Below are positions 56,465-64,000 of a DNA stretch of 64,000 bases, in pieces. The stretch's first letter is position 1. Each line of letters opens with the position of its first letter. A model generated the notes under the pieces. The model made no database searches. It worked only from the letters and a program-made list of their open reading frames with translations, and had not been told where the DNA came from. This DNA comes from a virus (Duplodnaviria > Heunggongvirae > Uroviricota > Caudoviricetes): the IMG/VR virus record IMGVR_UViG_3300013902_000267; one strand, 5' to 3'. The position numbers were made by a program, and so were the translations under genes.

Positions 56465-56568
56465 GGGAATATCTTCTCGTTGGTATGAGAACTCTACGGT
56501 AAGTAGAGTGCATTTGCAAACCGGTTGAAATGATCTTGCTTCACAGTGTTCGAATCCTGTTGTTCCCA
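56465..56568 (+). ncRNA. Atypical tRNA-like RNA, 104 nt
   Basis: gggaata/tgttccc acceptor; TTCGAAT T-loop; ctcta-CGGTAAG-tagag; enlarged variable region. Confidence 0.5.
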
Positions 56569-56668
56569 CAAATATTTTGAAAATATTTTTGATAAATATA
56601 TAGACTTTACTATAAAGATTACATATAATAATTATGAATTGAAAATAATTAAGATACGCAAATTAACT

Positions 56669-56740
56669 GGTGGGTTCGTATAGCGGTTAGTACTAGAGAT
56701 TTTCATTCTCTAAACAGGAGTTCGACTCTCCTACCCACTA
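56669..56740 (+). tRNA. tRNA-Glu(TTC)
   Basis: agaga-TTTTCAT-tctct. Confidence 0.9.
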
Positions 56741-56752
56741 CTAATCAATAAT

Positions 56753-57748
56753 ATGAAATAGAATTTAGAATTTTTATCAGATGACGAATTAATATAGGAA
56801 TATAGAAATTGTAATTATTCTTTAAAAGCAGTTGATAAGAAATATAATAAATCTGGAAATACTTTATTACGATTATTTAGAAAACGTAATATAGATTATA
56901 ATAAGATAAAGAATGATTATTTATTACAATAGAAACAATTTGAAGAAAGTAAAGTTTTATATTGTGAGAATTGTGGTAAAGTAATAGATGGTTATTATGG
57001 TTCTGGAAGATTTTGTAATAGATATTGTGCAACTGCATATGGCAATTCACATAGAGCAAAAAGAACAGAAGAATCAAAAAAGAAAACATCTATTAGTGTA
57101 AAAAATTCTATTAAATGTTAGATAGCTGCTGAACGTTCAAGAAAAATATATTAGTGCAAATATTGTAATAAAGATTTTTCTGTGTTTGATATACGCAATA
57201 TTAGAGGAAGAACATATTGTTCAAAAGAATGTAAACACAAATATTTATCTGCACATACTGGTGGTTATCGAGAAGGTTCTGGAAGAGGCAAACAAGGATG
57301 GTATAAAGGAATTCATTGTGATAGTTCATGGGAATTAGCATTTCTTGTTTATTATAAAGATCATAATTTAAATATAGAACGTTGTAAAGAAAAAAGGTCT
57401 TATATTTGGAATAATGAAGTTCATTCATATTATCCTGATTTTATAACAGATGACGGGATAATAGAAATAAAAGGATATTCTACAGATTAGTGGAAATTAA
57501 AAGAAAACTAGAATCCGGATGTAAAAGTTTTATATAAAGATGATATAAAACCATATTTAGATTATGTAATAAATACATATGGTACTGATTTTATTAAATT
57601 ATATGATGGTTATAATCCAAAATTAGATTTGAAAAATTATACTTATGTATGGGTTCATAATGAAAAAGAGAATCATATGATTAGAACAGAATTATATGAT
57701 GAATATATAAATAATGGTTATATAAGAGGAAGAAAAACTTTTAAATAA
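56753..57748 (+). CDS. TnsA-like PD-(D/E)xK homing endonuclease with zinc modules, 331 aa
   Basis: CENCGK..GSGRFC; DSSWELAF..YYPDF..IEIKGY; several TAGs. Confidence 0.8.
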
Positions 57749-57825
57749 AAAATAGTTAAAAATAAACAAGATTTTAAATTTACGTTATTAAATTAAAAAG
57801 TTTCTTTATGAAATTAATTTTAAAT

Positions 57826-57906
57826 ACTCCTATAGGCGAATTGGTCTAGCCACTAGATTAAGGATCTAGGTTTAATTACGTCTCGGTTCGAGTCCGAGTA
57901 GGAGTA
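57826..57906 (+). tRNA. tRNA-Leu(AAG)
   Basis: ctaga-TTAAGGA-tctag; class II; actccta/taggagt. Confidence 0.85.
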
Positions 57907-57987
57907 CAATAATAATATAAAATATTTTCTTATTTTATTATCAATTTCAAAAATAAATTAGATAAATAATAAGTTGAAATAATTTAT

Positions 57988-58060
57988 GCTGGATTAGCAC
58001 AGTTGGTAGTGCGACGCACTTGTAATGCGTAGGTCGTTGGTTCGAATCCGACATTCAGCT
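57988..58060 (+). tRNA. tRNA-Thr(TGT)
   Basis: acgca-CTTGTAA-tgcgt. Confidence 0.93.
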
Positions 58061-58401
58061 CAACATAACTTAATAATGTTTTTATATTGCTGAATAATTT
58101 GTTAGCAGTAAATAAGGCATTTAGGTTATATCTGAAAAGATATGATTTAGAGTAATCAATATTAAGAAGCATAAAGTTGAATTAGCCACAGTTGGCCAAC
58201 TGTGAGTGACGTAAGAAAGGTCAAATCGTTTTAATGGAATGATGCTTGTAGCCTTTGAAGGTAATCAATCCTTCCTACATAAGAAGTTAGCGTCATGAAC
58301 TAACTTGTAGTGACTGAATAATGTGCTTAATATGTAATGAGGTTTGATGGTAGTCAGGAATCCATCTATGAATTCATTATTATTTTTATGTTTTTATATA
58401 T

Positions 58402-58475
58402 CGCGCCTTGGAGCAGTTGGTAGCTCGCCAGGCTCATAACCTGGAGGTCCCTGATTCAAGTTCAGGAGTGCGCAA
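58402..58475 (+). tRNA. Second initiator-like tRNA-Met(CAT)
   Basis: C1:A72; ccagg-CTCATAA-cctgg; imperfect acceptor. Confidence 0.75.
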
Positions 58476-58597
58476 CTAGTATGATGCATTTATTTTATGA
58501 ATATAGATAACTGTTCGCGATTGTGTATCTATAAAGTAATATTATAAATGAGGAAATATGAATGACAGTGATAATAATTGTACAATAAAACACTGCA

Positions 58598-58667
58598 TCC
58601 TGTTTGTTGTAACGAAAGCATTTTCTCTTGAAAAGTGAAGGTTACGGTTTAATTCCGTAGACAGGAA
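58598..58667 (+). tRNA. Degenerate tRNA-Lys(CTT)-like
   Basis: tcctgtt/gacagga acceptor; tacgg/ccgta T-stem; weak D-arm. Confidence 0.45.
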
Positions 58668-58808
58668 CAAATTTTAATAGTCTATATTTAATTATATAGA
58701 ATCGTAACTACAAGAACATTAAATATTTTTAGTGGAAAGCCTTGGAGACCATCGTATTGGTACTGAGTTATAAGGTTCTCACAGAATATAAACCTTAATT
58801 TTTTGTTT

Positions 58809-58894
58809 GGAAAGGAAATTGCGACGGCTCGCAAGCTTGTCTTGAAAACAAGTCGTACAGTGAAATGTATGGGGATCGACACCTCTCCTTTCCG
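58809..58894 (+). tRNA. tRNA-Ser(TGA)
   Basis: cttgt-CTTGAAA-acaag; long V-arm; 6-bp D-stem. Confidence 0.85.
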
Positions 58895-58988
58895 CATTTT
58901 GTTTTACATATTTAAAAGCATTATATATATTATAAATATATAATGCTTTTAATTTTTATATAAATATTGAAATTTATTTTATTCACTT

Positions 58989-59981
58989 ATGAACAAATAT
59001 ATAAAGCAATTAGTTGAATATTATTTTCATAACGAAAAAGAATTATATGAAAACAATTATAGAAAATTTAGAGAGAATTTTAATTGGTCTTATGAAAGAC
59101 GATTATTATATCAATATAATAATGATGTAGATTTTGATAATATAGTAAATGAAGAATATCATATAAGTGATGTTTTTGATGATGTTATAGATGTTATAGG
59201 AAATATTTATAAGGATAATATAGATATAAGTAATGATATAAAAGTATATACAGGATATAATTTTAATATAAAAGATTCTTTATGTAAAAAACTAGATAAT
59301 GAAAATATAAAATATCCTATATATGTTTATATATTAAACGATACAGAATCAACTTCATATTCATATATAAAAAGTGAAGATAAGAATAATAATGAAATTG
59401 TTATATATTTAAATTCATATATGATATAGGATAATATATAGTTATTACGTGATTCATGTAAACATGAGTTTTTACATATTAGAGAAATGTATGCATTAGA
59501 AGATAAAGATGTTTTATAGTCTAATAAAAATAAATTACCTGATGATGAAAAAAATCCTTTTAACTGGGATAATCCAAATTATTTTGATAAAAGTTTAAGA
59601 TTATGTTATATATTTAATAAGTCTGAAGAAAGAGCAAGATTAAATGCAGTATATGAACATATTAAATCAGAAGATGAAGATATTGATTCATTAAATAATA
59701 TAACGTTATTAAACGAAATGAAATAGTGTATAAACACATTAAGAACTATTTTTATTTCTAATAATTATGGACCTATGGAAATATATAATTACTCATGCTA
59801 TAAATATCATTTGATAAAATATAAGTTAAACAAATATCATTTTGATTATAGACCAAGATTATCTGAATATTCATAGGATGACAAAGATAAATTTCAGGCA
59901 ATGATATTTGAGTTACAAACAAATTATAGAAAATTCAAATAGGATATAAAGAAAATAATTTATAATAAATTTCATAAATAA
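58989..59981 (+). CDS. HExxH metalloprotease-like protein, 330 aa
   Basis: Track ORF extends through TAGs; KHEFLHI then a downstream EERAR. Confidence 0.7.
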
Positions 59982-60012
59982 TTATGGATAGTTTTGATAA
60001 AGAAATAAAGAT

Positions 60013-60786
60013 ATGAATATAATAGGAAATTATATATATGGTTCAGAAGATTCAACTGATGTAGATATTGCATATATAGTTGATGAATTACCATCATTAC
60101 AAGAATGTAAAAAGTTTTGTTCGGCTGATAAGAATGAAAACAGAAACTTAATAACGATAAATAACGGTATTATAACTAATTGTTATAAAGGAACAGTTGA
60201 TGAATTAAATAATGCGATATTAGATACATATAAGTTACATGAACAAAATACAGAATTACTTATTAATAGAAAGGTTGGTAGAGATATACCATTGAAACTT
60301 ATTAGAGCAATACGTGCAATGTTATCACATCTTTCTAGATCGCAATATAGAAAAGAAATAAAATTAGCATTAAGAAGTAATTGGTATAAGAGGTTAGACG
60401 TATTATTAAGTATTAATTTAGAATATATTGATTTTGATAAATTAAACAATAATATGTCAAGAGAAGATATATTGAAATTATTTGCATTTCAAATAGGTCA
60501 ATGCATGGGACTTATATATGCAAGAAAAGAATTATATACAAAAAATGATGTTATTACATGGATAGGCAGTAATCTCGGTTATTGTCTTGATGATTATTTA
60601 AAACGAAAATATACAAGTTTAAATATATTAAATTATTTAAAAGATAAATTAATCTACCAGATTCGTTATAATTTTCCAGCAATAGAGTGTGATAATAATA
60701 TAGTAAAATTTTTAAAGGATGGACATAATAAATATTATGATTTAATGCAGGAATGTCAAATAAATATTGAAAATAAAGATATTTAA
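60013..60786 (+). CDS. Pol-beta-type nucleotidyltransferase-like protein
   Basis: N-terminal YGS..TDVDI motif. Confidence 0.55.
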   Translation: MNIIGNYIYGSEDSTDVDIAYIVDELPSLQECKKFCSADKNENRNLITINNGIITNCYKGTVDELNNAILDTYKLHEQNTELLINRKVGRDIPLKLIRAIRAMLSHLSRSQYRKEIKLALRSNWYKRLDVLLSINLEYIDFDKLNNNMSREDILKLFAFQIGQCMGLIYARKELYTKNDVITWIGSNLGYCLDDYLKRKYTSLNILNYLKDKLIYQIRYNFPAIECDNNIVKFLKDGHNKYYDLMQECQINIENKDI

Positions 60787-60789
60787 TAT

Positions 60790-61176
60790 ATGAAGTTGAT
60801 TTATAACAATATTATTCCTCCACATGGATTTATAGCTATTAATATTTTTGGAAATCTTTTTGTAAGGAAAGAATATGAATATAAATTAAAGAATGATAAT
60901 TATAAGAAAAGAGTATTAAATCATGAATCTATCCATACAGAATAGATGAAAGATTTTGCAAGTTTTTTACCAGAATGTGTATAGCAATATATAGGTGGCA
61001 TAATATTCTATATAATATATTTCTTTGAATGGTTATGGAGAGTCTTGTTTACAAAACATAGATTTTCACATTAGGCATATAGAAATATAACATTTGAATA
61101 GGAAGCCTTTGCAAATGAATCAGATTTAGAATATTTAAGTAAACGAAATCATTTTGATTAGTGGAAAATATATTAA
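60790..61176 (+). CDS. HExxH-containing small protein, 128 aa
   Basis: NHESIH..Q, FY..Y..EW, AY.NI.FE.EA; needs TAG=Gln. Confidence 0.7.
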
Positions 61177-61231
61177 TATAAAAAGGATGTTAATTAAGTT
61201 TAACATCCTTTCTTTTTTCATATAAACAATG

Positions 61232-61239
61232 TATCTTTG
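61232..61239 (+). promoter_or_regulatory. Bacteroidetes -7 promoter element TATCTTTG
   Basis: TAnnTTTG before the ATG at 61285. Confidence 0.7.
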
Positions 61240-61284
61240 TAACTGTATAAATGAAGTAATAATTAATTAAAAATTATAATAATT

Positions 61285-61641
61285 ATGGTAGATCGTTTAA
61301 ATCAAGAGTTAGAGCTGGATGACTTGGTACTTATTGCGCATCCAAAAGTTTCAACATTGCTACGTTGCATTGTTACCAAGATCAATGCAAAGACAGTCAC
61401 AGTAGCAGCACTCCCCGAGAATGACAAAGAGAATGAGGCTGCACAATATTGCCAACATAATATGGCTGCTATAGGCGATCACAAGTTTCATGGAAACTAT
61501 TTCAGAATAACAAAAGGATTCAATCGTCGTCCTGAGGAAGTTGTGAAGATTGGTCATTATCAAACAGTGCAAGACAATGGCAAAGATGTTCATTACTCTA
61601 TTGTTGAAGTTGGTGATGAAGAACTTTGGCCAACTGATTAA
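61285..61641 (+). CDS. Hypothetical early protein
   Basis: Track ORF. Confidence 0.75.
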   Translation: MVDRLNQELELDDLVLIAHPKVSTLLRCIVTKINAKTVTVAALPENDKENEAAQYCQHNMAAIGDHKFHGNYFRITKGFNRRPEEVVKIGHYQTVQDNGKDVHYSIVEVGDEELWPTD

Positions 61642-61657
61642 TAATTAAATATAAATA

Positions 61658-61909
61658 ATGATTATGCAAAATATAGCAAATGAAATAAAAAATAGTAGTA
61701 TAAAATTTCATAGTAATAAATTAAATGGATTAGTAGATATGGTTATGTCTAATAATTCTAGTAATAAAATAGAATTACTACCAATTAATGATAGAGCATT
61801 AATTTATACTATGTATTGGTGTACATCTGAACATAGTAATCTATCAAGATATGAATTTGATAGGCTATTAGAAATGTCAAGGAAATTACGTAACTATTTA
61901 AATGAGTAA
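61658..61909 (+). CDS. Hypothetical protein
   Basis: Track ORF. Confidence 0.6.
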   Translation: MIMQNIANEIKNSSIKFHSNKLNGLVDMVMSNNSSNKIELLPINDRALIYTMYWCTSEHSNLSRYEFDRLLEMSRKLRNYLNE

Positions 61910-62222
61910 AATAATGGTAATAAATAATTCAAATATAAATACTTATATTAAGTTCGCAAGTGAGAAAGTATTGAATTACATTAAAGATTTTAATTCATAC
62001 TTTGATGCTGATGAAGTATATGACATTTTAAAAGAGTTATCTGAATATGATGTGAATATTATGAAATTTAATAAATATATCGGATTTCTTGTATGTCAAG
62101 TGTATAAGGATTTTATTAATAATGAGATGATTATTGAAAAAAACACAGATTTTCAAAATTTCATTATTCCTATCATTATTAATATAAGTGATAATATTTT
62201 AAAAGATAAGATTGAACTATGA
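61902..62222 (+). CDS. Hypothetical protein
   Basis: Track ORF, coupled to its neighbours. Confidence 0.65.
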   Translation: MSKIMVINNSNINTYIKFASEKVLNYIKDFNSYFDADEVYDILKELSEYDVNIMKFNKYIGFLVCQVYKDFINNEMIIEKNTDFQNFIIPIIINISDNILKDKIEL

Positions 62223-62365
62223 CGGACGAACAATTAAAGAAGATATATGATAAGATTAATGAGTTGGTAGACACTGTTAATAAATTAAAAAGTATTATTG
62301 CAACTCAAGATAATAAGATAAGAATATTAGAGATTAAGTTAAATAATGTAGAAAATATATTGTAA
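62219..62365 (+). CDS. Small coiled-coil protein, 48 aa
   Basis: ATGA overlap upstream and TAATG overlap downstream. Confidence 0.6.
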   Translation: MTDEQLKKIYDKINELVDTVNKLKSIIATQDNKIRILEIKLNNVENIL

Positions 62366-62727
62366 TGATAAGTAGTATAATTTTAATGTTATGTTTTTAT
62401 ATGTTTATTATTTCATTAACATATCATAGAGATATTCAGGTAATAAACATATTTAATTTTTTTGGACCCATAGAATATACTATAAGATATATTGAAGAAT
62501 TTGACAATGATTCAAAAATATCAAGAAAATACTATAAAATTTATTGGAATTACTTCAGTATTTTGCCATTTTTTCACAATTTTTTGAGTAAAACTGATAA
62601 TCAGATAGTATATACTGTAAATGATGAAACTGAGTTAATTTCCAACTATTTTGTAACATATGAGTCCGCTAGAAATTTCTTATATAAGACAAGAGATTTC
62701 ACTAAATTTATATTAAATGAAGAATGA
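62365..62727 (+). CDS. Hypothetical protein, N-terminal TM
   Basis: Track ORF. Confidence 0.6.
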   Translation: MISSIILMLCFYMFIISLTYHRDIQVINIFNFFGPIEYTIRYIEEFDNDSKISRKYYKIYWNYFSILPFFHNFLSKTDNQIVYTVNDETELISNYFVTYESARNFLYKTRDFTKFILNEE

Positions 62728-63110
62728 AAAATATATTTAAAATAATTAAATTACTTTTCTCTTCAAAATAGTATGTAATATATGCTGTTGATAAAAAGGG
62801 AGAACAAGTAAAAGAATAGTCTAGCAATATTAATGAAACGTTTTGTCACCATATATATGATGATGCAAGATAGACTTTAATTAATACTGTTGGTGAACAA
62901 ACATATGGTGAAAAATTAGAATCATATGAACCAGATTTATTTAACGCATATAAAGAATCAGATTATCAAATAGCAAAATCTGAATATTTGCAAGCAGAAT
63001 TAGATTACTATAAATTAGTGAATAACCCGATGAGTGGTGACGCTAATATATTATTCACAAGTTATTAGCGATTACAATAGCTAAAGAAGCAATATGAAAA
63101 TTTTTAGTAA
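62724..63110 (+). CDS. Hypothetical protein, 128 aa
   Basis: Open with TAG=Gln; ends TAG-TAA; overlaps neighbours at both ends. Confidence 0.7.
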
Positions 63111-63475
63111 TGATAAAGTTTAAACATAAAAAGTATAATAAAACTAATTTTGATACTATTAATGTAAAAACAGCTAAAGAAGTTTGTGATATAATAATTA
63201 ATAAGAAAACACAAGAACTTATTAAGAAATGTCCAAGAACATTTAATTATATTAATAATGCAATAAATGAATCTATACGTTTATATTTTACATCATGTAT
63301 TATTTACAATAATATATTAGATTATAATATAACATTAGATTTAAGCTGTATAAATTTTGATTTTATGAAAAAATCAAGATTTGATGTTATTAGCGATATA
63401 TTAGAAGTGTATAGAAATAAAGGATATAAAATAATTCATAATGATAAAGATAAAATAACTATGTATTTTAATTAA
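63110..63475 (+). CDS. Hypothetical protein
   Basis: Track ORF. Confidence 0.6.
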   Translation: MIKFKHKKYNKTNFDTINVKTAKEVCDIIINKKTQELIKKCPRTFNYINNAINESIRLYFTSCIIYNNILDYNITLDLSCINFDFMKKSRFDVISDILEVYRNKGYKIIHNDKDKITMYFN

Positions 63476-63522
63476 TATATATAGACTTTATTAAAATTAT
63501 ATTATATAAATATATAGTTAAT

Positions 63523-63607
63523 GGAGAGTTAACCTAACGGGGTTAGGGACAATCTGCTAAATTGTTCGTCCATGTATGTGGATGTGGGTCGGGACCACAG
63601 CTCTCCG
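63523..63607 (+). tRNA. tRNA-Ser(GCT)
   Basis: acaat-CTGCTAA-attgt; long V-arm; atypical T-loop GTCGGGA. Confidence 0.8.
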
Positions 63608-64000
63608 CAAAAAATCCACAACAGATTTAAAGATGTAGTGGTCTATAAGTTCGTTCCTTAATGAGAGATTATCACATTATATATGTGCACAAAAGAAATA
63701 ATGTGATGGACCATAATGAATAGATTATCTTAATTTTGGTATCTTCTGCAAGATTCTGATTATTGATAGAAGGTAGTTAAGCTAATTTCATATTCATTTC
63801 TATTACAGACGAAGAAAGAGGAACATTGTTTACAAGTAATAAAGAGTAACCAAATGTTATTGTTATATAGAACTGATATAATAATAGGTGAATGAAACGC
63901 TTGGCGCCAATATTAATAAAAGTGGTTGTTTATGAAAGTAATGTGTTTGATATAAAGATCTGATTAGCTCATAAAGTCAAACCGGTATATATTAAATTTT

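Noticed and set aside
49704-58897. Minus-strand track ORFs at 49704, 50429, 54573, 55647, 56877, 57201, 57984 and 58688
   Set aside because: Antisense to tRNAs, promoters or endonuclease genes, with no protein motifs.
1-64000. CRISPR array, rRNA or a complete DGR
   Set aside because: No regularly spaced direct repeats, no rRNA-like sequence, and no reverse transcriptase or template repeat seen. The PD-(D/E)xK gene at 31532 has no cas context.

Overview
Very AT-rich segment of a T4-like (contractile-tailed) megaphage of a Bacteroidetes host, most consistent with a Lak-type Prevotella phage. It uses an alternative genetic code. In-frame TAG codons interrupt otherwise intact conserved genes, and reading TAG as Gln (code 15) joins the supplied ORF fragments into full genes ending in TAA/TGA (tail sheath, MoxR-like AAA ATPase, SbcC/SbcD, gp5-like spike, endolysin, TnpB). 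1-19 kb is mostly minus strand: putative virion-internal proteins, an AAA+VWA pair, ClpX, a UvsY-like gene and tnpB. 19.7-49.5 kb is mostly plus strand: gp5-like, NrdG, SbcD/C, primase, sheath, SmpB and nucleotide-metabolism genes. 49.7-58.9 kb is a tRNA cluster (~20 tRNAs) mixed with homing endonucleases and odd tRNA-like or structured RNAs. Top observation: a transposase-less tnpB sits inside the 3' end of the UvsY-like gene, between two copies of the gene's last 54 nt that differ only at synonymous positions. The downstream copy lies in the omega-RNA guide position, which looks like an RNA-guided homing element carrying a recoded, self-immune allele. Other highlights are a tRNA-like element nested in the anticodon loop of a tRNA-Asn gene, a tRNA with a ~170-nt D-loop insert, a class-II-bodied tRNA-Trp, rrn-like boxA sites, a ~210-bp dispersed repeat with a conserved 26-codon ORF, and an L/I-x-E motif marking late-promoter proteins. 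All calls were made by eye; no database search was run.
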